A DNA stretch of 57,017 nucleotides, filler included, from Squatina squatina (Eukaryota): assembly GCA_031763465.1 (NCBI GenBank). It is 3 parts of 3 records of this genome, joined end to end, with 100 filler letters (N's around TTAATTAATTAA, not from the genome) between each part and the next. Parts side by side here need not be neighbours in the genome. Positions count along the whole stretch, not along the records: positions 18,527 to 38,657 come from JARFOE010000120.1; 2 more parts are not named here. One strand, written 5' to 3'. The notes below the pieces were generated by a model that was not told the origin of the DNA, did no database searches, and saw nothing but the letters and a program-made list of their open reading frames with translations. Positions 24,020 to 34,657 of the stretch are shown here, piece by piece. The position numbers were made by a program, and so were the translations under genes. How positions within the stretch are numbered: position 1 is the first letter of the stretch; every line of letters starts with the position of its first letter.

Positions 24020-24115
24020 ATATCCATGACCTACGACCTCACCAAGGCCAGGTAAAAGTAGCCGCTCGATTGCGTTCACTCTTGGATTCTGACGTTCATC
24101 CGTCTGAAATCGCAG
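24020..24115 (+). CDS. HAL: Histidine ammonia-lyase paralog A (divergent), 96-bp exon
   Basis: aaacag|AT ATC...GCA G|gtaagg encoding DIHDLRPHQGQVKVAARLRSLLDSDVHPSEIA. Confidence 0.9.
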
Positions 24116-24196
24116 GTAAGGTGTTTGCCTAGTTGTAACAATAACTTCACCGCTGTTTGAAAGGTCTGTGGGGCTTTCTNNNNNNNNNNTTCACAG

Positions 24197-24255
24197 GCAG
24201 CCACAGGTTCTGTGACCGTGTGCAAGATGCCTACAGCCTACGATGCTGCCCGCAG
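24197..24255 (+). CDS. HAL: HAL paralog A, 59-bp active-site exon
   Basis: tcacag|GC AGC...CAG|gtaggc encoding GSHRFCDRVQDAYSLRCCPQ (QDxYxLRC motif). Confidence 0.92.
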
Positions 24256-24397
24256 GTAGGCAATATAAAGCACCGCAGTGCGCTAGACTTATATTTATTT
24301 ACTATTATTATAATCCAATCACTGTAAGTAAAGTGGCCTCGTGAGTTCGGTTTTATGTATTGCACATTTCTCCTGATCTGGGCATTCTCTCTTCCAG

Positions 24398-24478
24398 GTC
24401 CATGGTGTAGTTAACGACACAATTGCTTTTGTGAAAGGTATTCTGGTAACTGAAATGAACAGTGTTACTGATAACCCA
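24398..24478 (+). CDS. HAL: HAL paralog A, 81-bp exon
   Basis: ttccag|GTC...CCA|gtatccttt encoding [27 protein letters not shown]. Confidence 0.92.
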
Positions 24479-24487
24479 GTATCCTTT
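24479..24487 (+). promoter_or_regulatory. U12-type (minor spliceosome) 5' splice site
   Basis: GTATCCTTT immediately follows the DNP codons and matches the U12 donor consensus RTATCCTT. Confidence 0.8.
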
Positions 24488-25959
24488 CGTACTNNNNNNN
24501 NNNNNNNNNNNNNNNNNNNNNNNNNNNNNNNNNNNNNNNNNNNNNNNNNNNNNNNNNNNNNNNNNNNNNNNNNNNNNNNNNNNNNNNNNNNNNAAATAGT
24601 TAGGATCAGGGATCACGTGAATAAGTTATACACGGGTAGAACTGGGTTAGATGTTATGGAGGTCCCTCTTTTCACAGAGAATAGTTGACTGCTGGAAGAA
24701 TTTGCCAGCTTGTGCGATGAGTGCTGATTCACTCTATACTTTCAAAAGAGAGCTGGACTGGTTCCTAGCTGGGGCAGAGATCATGTCATACAAGAGGCAG
24801 GTACCAAGTAATACAAGTCATGGTCAATGTAGCCCTGCTTTTGATCGCCTGAGGCAAGGTGGGATGAAGGTGGGAGGTGGAGGGCAGGAAGGGGGAGGCC
24901 ATGCTGGGGAGAACCTTGAATGGACCATGTGCGAGCCTGAGTTTTTTTTATGAGCCCAGTGGGCGCACTCCTGATTGACATGGGCCCACAAAAATAAAAA
25001 TGGAAAATTTCCTGGGCCTTTTATTGAGTGGGCTCCAGGGGCCTGCTCAAGGGTCTCTCATTAGGTTGCTCCATGTCTAATGCAACAGCAAAGTGTGCAC
25101 GGAACACATTGTACCTGAGTTTCACATTCAGGCCCCTGCAACTTGTGTCGGATGCTGATTTACATACTTAAGGAGCATTGGGTGTGGCAGAACACAATGC
25201 AAAATTATATTATAATATCACGCCAAACCGCAAAATCATTTTCAGTTGTCCCAAAGGCTATAATCCTTCGCCAGTGCTGCCAAACCTCAGGAACTTCCTC
25301 TCTCCAGTACTCCAAAATCCCTCTGTACTGCTGCTGAATCCCCAGATCTCTCCCATCCCCAGTGCTAACACATCCAGGATTGTCCCCTCTCTGGTACTAC
25401 CATATCTTCTGATTCACTGTGAACAATGCAGTGGGATGTATCTATAATATATTAGAAGTAGAGAGTGGTCTAAAAATACTTAAGATATTGCACCATTAGC
25501 AGGTGCTGTAAACATAATGCTACACGATCAATTAACCACCTCCTCTCTCAAGCAAGAAGCAGAGGCCCAATGGAAAAATACAGAAGGCAAAAAATGGGGG
25601 CCACCCCCTCCATTGAGCAGACATATATGCCACGCCCATCCCACTAAGCAAGATATCTCTCACCCTACCCCAGCTGCATTTCCCATTTCAACCTGCCTGC
25701 TTGCTGACAATCCCTTCCCCCTCACACTACCCACTCCCTGTCCCCTCTGATATCCACTGGCTACAGTTTTCCCTCACAGGCTAACTCTATCTGACATTAA
25801 ATCACATTTAACAGTAACCACCACACACCCCCATCTCCATTGTCTGCATTTTTGACCCACAGCCCCAACCCCGCCCCTCCCCTACTGGCTGCATTTCTCC
25901 TCCCCGAAAGCTGGTTGTTCCATGCCTCAAACTCGCTACTCCCACTGATATGAATTCCC

Positions 25960-26995
25960 CTCCCTCAGCACCCTCTTTTCCCTTCCTCTTCTTTCTCCCT
26001 CCTCTTTCCTTTCCTCTCCCACCTCCCTTTCTCCTTTTCTTGCCTCTTCCTTCATCAACCTCTTTCCTCCCATCTCCTCCTCACCTCTTATTTCCTTTCC
26101 TCTCCCCATCTCTACCTTCCTCTTATTTCCTCTCCCTCTACCTCTTCCCTTCCCTCTCCCTCTCACTCTACTTTTCACTCTCCTTCTCTGTCTCCCTCTC
26201 CCTTTCGCTTTCCGTCAATCCCTACCTCTCCTTTTCGCTCTCCCTTTCCCTTTCCCGCTCCCTCTCCCTCTCACTTTCCCTTTCCCTACCCCTCTCGCTC
26301 TCCCCTTCCCTCTCCATTTCCCTCTCCCTTTCCCTCTCCTTCTCCCTTTCCCTCTCCCTTTCCCTCTCCCCCTTCCGCTCCCTCTCCCTTCCCCTCAACC
26401 TCTCCCTTTCCTCCTCACTTTCCCTCTCCATCTCCCTTCCCCTCACCCTCTCCCTCTCCCTTTCCATTTCCCTCACCCTCTCACTTTCCCTCTCTGTCTC
26501 TCTCTCTCCGTCTCCCTTTCCCTCTACCTCCCTCGCCTGTTCCCTCTCCCTTTCTCTCCCTCTCCCTCTCCCTTTCCTCTCCCTCTTGCTTTCCCTCTCC
26601 CCTTCCTTCCCTCTCGCTTTCCCTCAACCTTCCCTCACCCTTTCCCTCACCCTTTCCCTCTCTCTCTCCCCTTTCCTCTCCCTCTCCTTTTCCCTCTCCC
26701 TTTCCCTCTCTCTCTTCCTTTCGCTCTCCATCTCAACCTCCCTCTCCCTTTCGCTCTCCCTCTCCCTTTCCCCTCCATCTCGCTTTACCTCTCCCCTTCC
26801 CACCCTCTCCCTTTCCCTCTCCCTTTCCCTCTCCCTCTTCCTTTCCCTCTCCCTCTCGCTTTCCCTCTCCCATTCCCTCTCTCTCGCTCTCTCCCCCTCT
26901 CCCTCTCATTCTCCCTCTCCCTTTTCTCTCCCTCTTACTTTTCCTCTCTCACTGACCTTACACACAGAGCTCTCCCTCTTTCTCTCTCCCCCTCA
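25960..26995. repeat. Polypyrimidine/polypurine tract of about 1 kb (CTCTCC/CTTTCC hexamers)
   Basis: Almost pure C/T on the + strand. It is the source of the spurious SLSLSL and RERERE ORFs. Confidence 0.95.
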
Positions 26996-27608
26996 NNNNN
27001 NNNNNNNNNNNNNNNNNNNNNNNNNNNNNNNNNNNNNNNNNNNNNNNNNNNNNNNNNNNNNNNNNNNNNNNNNNNNNNNNNNNNNNNNNNNNNNNGTCTA
27101 CTACTCTGGACAAGGTGAAACAGCTTCTCATGGTCTACGTTCTCCAGTCCTATTAGAATCTAAAACACAGCAATCATATCACCTCTCAACCTTCTCTTTT
27201 CCAGTGAGAACATGCTCACTTTATGTAATCCATCCCAATAATCCAATCCCTCCATCCCCTCATTCATTCTGGTCGCTCTTTCCTGTATCCTTTCAATAGC
27301 CTCAATATCCTTTTCATACTTCAGTAACCAGACCTGTACAGAGTGTTCTAAATGCGGTCACACCAATGATTTACCAAGTGGCAGGATCACCTCACTCTTT
27401 CAGCTCAATATTGACCTTTTAATAGAGTCCAACATCTGTTTGACTTTATTCATTGCCACTGAATATTGTTGTGACAGCTTAAATTTATGGTCAATCAGGA
27501 TGCCCGGATTCTTTCATTCCCCCTGCACATTACAAAGAGCCTGCACTACTTAGGTTGTTTGGGAGTCAGTAGATGAATCTGTGTTTTTGCCTGGTGCTTC
27601 TCCTCCAG

Positions 27609-27734
27609 GTGTTGGTAAACCCTTGTCACCAGAGAGGTCCCGTATGCTGCTGGCTCTCAGGATCAATGTACTTGCCAAGGGTTACAGTGGAATCTCCTTA
27701 GAGACCCTCAATCAAATGGTCCAGGCATTTAACG
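27609..27734 (+). CDS. HAL: HAL 126-bp exon (probably paralog B)
   Basis: ctccag|GT GTT...AAC G|gtaatg encoding [42 protein letters not shown]. Confidence 0.93.
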
Positions 27735-27851
27735 GTAATGTCCCATTTTGTACTGACAGTCTATACGCAGGATGTATTTCATATAGTGTTGATTTAGTAA
27801 AAGACTATAACTGTGCTCCTGCTCTGTTCCCTCTCTCTTGGCCTCCTGTAG

Positions 27852-27991
27852 CTTCCTGTCTCTCCTATATCCCAGAGAAGGGAACAGTTGGGGCCAGTGG
27901 GGATCTCGCTCCCCTTGCCCACCTTGCCCTGGGACTGATGGGTGAGGGCAAGATGTGGTCACCAAAAAGTGGCTGGGCTGATGCTAAATAT
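27852..27991 (+). CDS. HAL: HAL 140-bp exon containing the Ala-Ser-Gly MIO motif (probably paralog B)
   Basis: ctgtag|CT TCC...TAT|gtgagt encoding [47 protein letters not shown]. Confidence 0.95.
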
Positions 27992-28474
27992 GTGAGTTCA
28001 CCTTTTTTTACACTGAAGTACCAAAGTAAGGTTCAAAAAATTGTTGATGTTCGGTTAGTGGCACTAGCACCTGTTGTGTCTGTTGGGATTCACACCTGCA
28101 ATGCCTGAATGACTCCAGATTGATTTCCCTCACTCTGTTCAACACGAAATGAAAATCCTATTTCTTGCCATTCTGCCACCATTTAATGTCTCTCCCAAGT
28201 GTAGCCAGCACCTAAAATAGTTTGTGTTTGGTGACTCCAACCTTAGTCTGTCTTCATCTGTCATTCTTGGCCTCTGTGTCTCTCTGAGCTGAAATGGTTC
28301 TCCCACATCTCCTGAAGCTGCATCCAAGANNNNNNNNNNNNNNNNNNNNNNNNNNNNNNNNNNNNNNNNNNNNNNNNNNNNNNNNNNNNNNNNNNNNNNN
28401 NNNNNNNNNNNNNNNNNNNNNNNNNNNNNCTGGTTACCTCTGGTATTAAATTGTGCTGTTACCCCTGTGTTTAG

Positions 28475-28570
28475 ACATTCACAAATTGCGTCCTCATCCT
28501 GGCCAGATGGAGGTAGCCTTTCGATTTAGGTCACTGTTGGGTTCCGATCACCATCCCTCGGAAATAGCAG
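28475..28570 (+). CDS. HAL: HAL paralog B (canonical-like), 96-bp exon
   Basis: gtttag|AC ATT...GCA G|gtaagc encoding DIHKLRPHPGQMEVAFRFRSLLGSDHHPSEIA. Confidence 0.92.
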
Positions 28571-28675
28571 GTAAGCCCTGCCTAACGGTGTGAAGCCATT
28601 AAACGTGACTTTGAGTGGACGACTGTTTAGTAAACCTTCAGTTTGCCTTCCTGTAACTTTGTGCTCTCTTCACAG

Positions 28676-28734
28676 AAAGCCACAGGTTCTGTGACCGTGT
28701 GCAGGATGCCTACACCCTCCGCTGCTGCCCGCAG
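28676..28734 (+). CDS. HAL: HAL paralog B, 59-bp active-site exon
   Basis: tcacag|AA AGC...CAG|gtaggc encoding ESHRFCDRVQDAYTLRCCPQ. Confidence 0.93.
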
Positions 28735-28878
28735 GTAGGCACTGGCATCACTTCTTTGGGATCTGACGGAGTTAGACTCCTCTCAGACTTGGCTTACAAC
28801 CAGCAGACGCCAATGGTTGACACAAGAAGGCCACGATGAGCTGGATCCCATGTTCTGTAACGCTGCTCATTAACTGTA

Positions 28879-29039
28879 CACTGGGACCACGCTATAGCAC
28901 GGAACCCAGTTTAACGCGGGTCCGTCTTGGACCCCATTTAAATCGGCGCTATAAATGGATCTCGCTATAAGGTGGTTTTGGCTATAACGCCGTCCCACGA
29001 TGTAGGCCCTGCAGACCGCATTGTAGCGGAGTCCCAGTG
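28879..29039. mobile_element. Tc1/mariner (pogo/Tigger-like) MITE in HAL intron
   Basis: TIRs cactgggaccacgctata / tgtagcggagtcccagtg are flanked by TA on both sides. Internal gctataa motifs are repeated. Confidence 0.7.
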
Positions 29040-29689
29040 TACAGTTATCTCATTTCTNNNNNNNNNNNNNNNNNNNNNNNNNNNNNNNNNNNNNNNNNNN
29101 NNNNNNNNNNNNNNNNNNNNNNNNNNNNNNNNNNNNNNNNNNNNNNNNNNNNNNNNNTGCCCTTGCTGTTGCCCATCAGCCAGCCAGCTGCAGCTCAGAG
29201 CAAGATGGTGCAGTCTGACACTGGCGTCTTCTAGGTCCAGAGCTACTCGAGGTCATCTGCAGTGTTCTGATCTGAAGGTTAGCAGCTTTCCACCAGCTAT
29301 GCTGTAGCCTGAGGAAGCACCTTGTAGGTGCACTAGGTTAGGCAAAAACACATGGAAGAGGCACTAAAGGAATGCACAAGGGATGATCAGTTTATTTTTG
29401 TATGCATTGTCATAATTTAATTTATAAACTTGGATTAGAATGTGTATTTCGTGTTGGCCTTTATTTTTGTGTTGTGGGAAAGGGGACAGTGTGATGGTCA
29501 GTGACAGGAAAGGTAAAGAGTGTGGGACTGTTGGTGAATGAGTAGCTGTGGTTGAGGTTACTGGTAAGGTTCATGAATTATTTGATCACATAGAGCATAA
29601 GCAGAAAGGGACTGTCTGTGTTACAGCCTCCCTTTCTCTTCCTGTTCCTCCACCTCATCTCCTCATGCTCCTGCTCCTCAGCTTCTCGC

Positions 29690-30119
29690 CTGATAGGTGG
29701 TGGCAAAGACGGCTCCTTCATAATGGCCAAGTTGTGCAGCATGCAGTATACCACCACACATCTTAAGACCCGCTCAGCTGAGTCCTGCAGGGCTTCTCCA
29801 GAATGGTCCAGGCAGCGGAAGCGTTGCTCGAGGGCGCCAATGGTGTGCTGTATAATATTCCTTGCGGGAGCATGGCTCTCATTGTATGCCTGCTGTGCAT
29901 GGATTCTGGACTGGAGGCATGAACCATATCATGAGCGGATAATCCTTGTTGCCCAGTAGCCACACTTTAATTTACCGTGGTGGCTCAAATAGAGCTGGCA
30001 CAGCGGACTGCCGCAGGATGAAAGAATCCTGACTACTACCAGGATATCTGGTATTAACCTGCATGATGTGTTGCCTGTAGTCGTACATCAGCTGCATATT
30101 GAGGGAGCGGAATCCCTTT
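29690..30119 (-). mobile_element. PIF/Harbinger transposase, DDE core and C-terminus, decayed
   Basis: KGFRSLNMQLM.D....IMQVNTRYPGSSQDSFILRQS...WLLGNKDYPL, then after a frameshift ESHA.ARNIIQHTIGALEQRFRCLDHSGEALQ...VYCMLHNLAIM. The element probably extends left to about 29160. Confidence 0.85.
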
Positions 30120-30869
30120 NNNNNNNNNNNNNNNNNNNNNNNNNNNNNNNNNNNNNNNNNNNNNNNNNNNNNNNNNNNNNNNNNNNNNNNNNNNNNNNNN
30201 NNNNNNNNNNNNNNNNNNNTCGGACTCTTGCACCAGATTATATGAGCTGAGGCCGTGTCCCCGCTGAAAAAAGCAGGTGTTGTCACCGCTCGATTTTAGT
30301 GCACACTGACACTGTGCAATTCTGGACGGGCGCTCATTTTGAGCGGCACGCGCAATGATGACATCACAGTGCCACGTTTAGACTAACGCCAACGCCTCCA
30401 GCATTATGGGCTCTGCGCCGGCGCAAACAGGACCCAAATTTTGCACCTGCGTTTTAGCGCCAAAAGTGGCTTAACGCCAGTTTTACGCCACTTTCATGCT
30501 GGAAGCTTTACCACGAGTTGGCCGCCCTCAGTGATTTTTGAACCATTCCCCACACTGACGGGCAGCACTATATTACAGTAGAAGTTTATGAAGGTACAGC
30601 ATGTAATTCTAGACAATACTTGCATTAAGAATTTCTTGAAGCAACGAAACTTCGCTGCGTGTAGAAGCTTGTTTACAGATCTAATCATCAGTTTAAAACT
30701 AACAATTCATTCAGTCATAATTAACCAACATCATGTGAGACCTTTAGAAAGCTCTTGCGATTGAGTAANNNNNNNNNNNNNNNNNNNNNNNNNNNNNNNN
30801 NNNNNNNNNNNNNNNNNNNNNNNNNNNNNNNNNNNNNNNNNNNNNNNNNNNNNNNNNNNNNNNNNNNNC

Positions 30870-31101
30870 TGGAGAAAAAAAGGCCTAGTCTACTCAATCT
30901 CTCCTCATAGGACAATCCCGCCATCCCAGAAATCAGCCTGGTGAACCTTCGTTGCACTCCCTCTATGGCAAATATATCCTTCCTTAGGTAAGGAGACCAA
31001 AACTACACAATACTCCAGGTGCGGTCTCACCAAGGCCCAATATAATTGTGGTAAGACGTCTTTACTCCTGTACTCAAATCCTCTTGTAATAAAGGCCAAC
31101 A
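30870..31101 (-). mobile_element. CR1 LINE ORF2 C-terminal fragment
   Basis: LAFITRGFEYRSKDVLPQLYWALVRPHLEYCV...VQRRFTRLISGMAGLSYEERLSRLGLFS. Confidence 0.88.
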
Positions 31102-32890
31102 CACCATTTGTGTTTCTGGAGTGGGCTTGAATCTATGACCCCCTGACTTAGAGGTAAGAGGGCTACCACTGAGCCAATTAACTTAAAGTAGAAGCAAAAT
31201 AAAAATTGCCGTATTGCAATGTGCCAGGGCATTGCCAACTGCTGTTGACTGCTGACTTCAGTCACCCCGCTATGAACCCTCTTCAACTGGCACATATGAA
31301 TAAACCTGATATCGGTAACATTAAACTGAGACAAACGTCTCATTGAGAGTTTCACTGGAACAGTGCANNNNNNNNNNGACAGAGGTCAGAATGGGACAAA
31401 TTGAACCGATGACGGGGGGCAGTGCCTGCTACTAGTGAGGAGTTTTGAAGTGTTAATTGCATCAAAGGGAGCTTTTTAACTGAGATTAACTTTGATGAAA
31501 GCCATTTGATTCACTGGCCTTTGGGCAGTTGGGATGACATTAGCCGACCTACAGTGGTGTGTGTAAGTGCCTTTTGTTACCCTAAAGCACCTAACTCAAA
31601 GAAGTCTGCAGATGTTCTCAGTATCAGTAACAACAGCCCTATTCAGACATCGTATTGAAATCTAAAATAAAATATAATTCACACTCAAAGATACATCTAC
31701 ATCAGTGAAACCTGTTTGCCTTTTGAACGCCAATTTCTATACACAGACGGAACACAAAAGATCAAAGACACCCAAATGGAGCTTAGAAATGAGGACTGGG
31801 AGTGTAAATGATCAGTAATGGGATCATTTTTACATTTTTCATTTCTTAACAGTGTACTTACACAATGTACGTAATTCTATCGCAGTGTTGAGTAAGGGAT
31901 AGATTCACAGCACCTTACGAACAATTCATATCCTACAGGAGTCAAAGGTCAACAAAATGTTGTTGATGAACAGTTAGTCAATCACATTAAAGAAAGAAAG
32001 ATTTGCNNNNNNNNNNNNNNNNNNNNNNNNNNNNNNNNNNNNNNNNNNNNNNNNNNNNNNNNNNNNNNNNNNNNNNNNNNNNNNNNNNNNNNNNNNNNNN
32101 NNNNNNAGAATGAAATTGCCGTACAACTTAAAGCAATAAAATACGTTTCAATATAAATGACACCGTGGACAAACATTGATGACTAATAGACACAAAAAGA
32201 TTTGAAAAGAGTTCTCTGTGACCTTCGTCCTTCAAACCTCCTCACTAGATTTGCTGGGTGACTTCGCTTACCACTTGAAAGCTGATATGAGTCTTTGTTA
32301 TCGCTGAATGAGAAAGTGAAGAATGGAATATTATCATTAGCAACCGAGGCAGATTGTAGTATATTGTTTCGAAACCAAACAACAACTGTATTAATTCAAG
32401 CAACATCCTTGCAGAGAGGAATTCACAGTGGGAGCATTAACTGTCTGGGTCTCTGAAGTTAACTACTTCACTTCACTAAGTGTGTTTGTAGGAATCTGAA
32501 AGCTTCTCCAGTCTTGTGATGTTTGTATTGAAATTGCTCCATGTACTTGGGTCAATATAATGAGTAAAATGTAATTCACAAAAGCTCGTGGATTACAGTC
32601 AAGCAACAATAAACAGCGGACGTCTGTTTTGTAGTCAAAAACTTTGAACTGCCTGCAACCTGTTTCAAAGTGATTTGTAATCACCCCTGTCTCTGGAGTT
32701 CTTATTTGCCATTGCGGACGAATACAATTGGGACTGGATGTGAATGTGCAGCTTGTATACCTACACAGGAAGCTGCCCAGGAGTCATTTACTGACAGGTG
32801 GTCTTCTTAACTTTAGACGGGCAGTATGGGATTGGCTGCCCGTTATACACGCCAGTTTTCCTTTTATATTGAAGTCGACAGAAGGAAACA

Positions 32891-33322
32891 GTGTCAGCTG
32901 TGGCTCAGTGGGTAGCGCTCTCACCTTTGAGCCTAGAAGGTTGATGGGTTCAAGCCCCGCTCCAAAGACTTGAGCACAAAAATCTAGGCCGACCCTCCCG
33001 TGCAGAGAGAGCACTGCACTGTGGGAGGTGCTGTCTTTCAGATGAAACATCAAACCAAGCCCCTCTCAGTTGGGAGTAAAAGATCCCATGGCATTATCTT
33101 GAAGAAGAGCTGGGGATGTTCTCCCTGATGTCCTGGCCAATATTTATACTAAAACAGATTATCTGGTAATTTTTACATTGCTATTTTTGGGATCTTGCTA
33201 TGCATAAATTGGCTGCTATGTTTCCTACATTACAACAGTGACTGCACTTCAAAAGTACTTCATTGGCTGTAAAGAGCTTTGGGACATCCAGAGGTCACGA
33301 AAGGTGCTGTATAAAGGGAAGG
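32891..33322 (+). mobile_element. Near full-length tRNA-derived Deu-domain SINE
   Basis: Box A tggctcagtggg (about 32901), box B gggttcaagccc (about 32946), Deu core and an aaaggtgctgtataaa tail shared with L2 3' ends in this window. Confidence 0.8.
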
Positions 33323-33469
33323 CGTTCTTTTCTTTTTAAAATGGGTCGNNNNNNNNNNNNNNNNNNNNNNNNNNNNNNNNNNNNNNNNNNNNNNNNNNNN
33401 NNNNNNNNNNNNNNNNNNNNNNNNNNNNNNNNNNNNNNNNNNNNNNNNATAGAAACATAGAAAATAGAA

Positions 33470-33747
33470 AGTTGAGCATCCCCGATTTTATTCGCTCAAC
33501 CATTGGCAGCTGCGCCTTCAGCTGCCAAGGCCCTCAGCTCTGGAATTCACTCCCTAAACTGCTCCACTTCTCTTTCCTCCTTTAAGACGCTCCTCAAAAC
33601 CTACTCCTTTGAACAAGCTTTTGGTCATCTGGCCTAATATCTCTTTATGTGGGTCGGTGCCAAATTTTGTTTGATAACACTCCTGTGAAGCACTTTCGGA
33701 TGTTTTACTATGCTAAGTGTGCTATATAAATGCAAGTTATTGTTGTT
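33470..33747 (+). mobile_element. L2-clade LINE 3' end
   Basis: gccttcagctgccaaggccct...ctctggaattcactccc...tttaagacgctcctcaaaacctac...gctatataaatgcaagttattgttgtt. Same family as 39272-39726. Confidence 0.8.
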
Positions 33748-34657
33748 AGTTTGTAAAACATCCAGCAATTTGTGTTGAGGAAGAGATACAGCATGAATTA
33801 ACAATTGCCACAAATAGCTGGATGATTTGCACCCCTCCGCTATTAGCTTCGCAAAAATGGGAGCTTGCCATCAATCTCTTTGTGTGTGTCTTGAAATTTC
33901 TTCATTTGCACAGTAAATACAAATGACACATGCCGCAGAAAGTTAGGTCCCGTATTTCACACCGTAGGNNNNNNNNNNNNNNNNNNNNNNNNNNNNNNNN
34001 NNNNNNNNNNNNNNNNNNNNNNNNNNNNNNNNNNNNNNNNNNNNNNNNNNNNNNNNNNNNNNNNNNNNTTTAACCAGTACTTGAGCTTGTTTTAAAAAGA
34101 ACAGAATTCTTAATCTTCAAAACTAATTAAAATTGATTTATCTTAATTACCATCTCTAGTAGCACATTATTTTTAGAGTGCTTCTGAAACTTAAAATTTG
34201 GGGGCTTTTTTAAAGGTAGACAGTAGTGGGGAAAATTAACTTTGGGACACAACTTGTATTTTAAAACTTTTTCTCTTTTCCCCTTCCCTTTAGGCCTTCA
34301 TGCACCAAACGTGTGTTGGGGAAGTTGGTAGATCTTCAGACAATGCTATTTTTGAGCCCTTACGGCTTTAGTAAATTTTCATCCTCACTTGAGAAAGTAT
34401 CCAGTCTCCCTCCCTGCCTATAGAGCAGCCAGCTTGCCATGTGGAGGAATTGTATATTGAAATACCCCTTCACACTTGACATACATTGAAGCACCAGCAT
34501 ATCATGTCACACGTTTCCTGCTTATGGAAGTTTAATTTGTGATTGTATAAACTTTTATGGTTGTTATCCATGCTCAGTTTCTTTTGCATTCCTTTCTTGT
34601 AGGTTAACATGTTGGATGTTTGTCGTGCATCTTCCAGAATGCTGATGCCTGAAATCA

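Noticed and set aside
24020-24478. HAL copy A as an uncollapsed allele of copy B
   Set aside because: About 31% nucleotide divergence in the 96-bp exon and unalignable introns are far beyond allelic variation.
25950-27299. 449-aa Ser/Leu-rich ORF and the antisense Arg/Glu ORFs
   Set aside because: These are translations of a C/T simple repeat.
27609-28734. HAL as a bacterial hutH contaminant or horizontal transfer
   Set aside because: It has spliceosomal introns, a vertebrate-type sequence and linkage with USP44.
32891-32965. tRNA-like sequence with A and B boxes
   Set aside because: It is the head of a Deu-SINE, with no complete cloverleaf.
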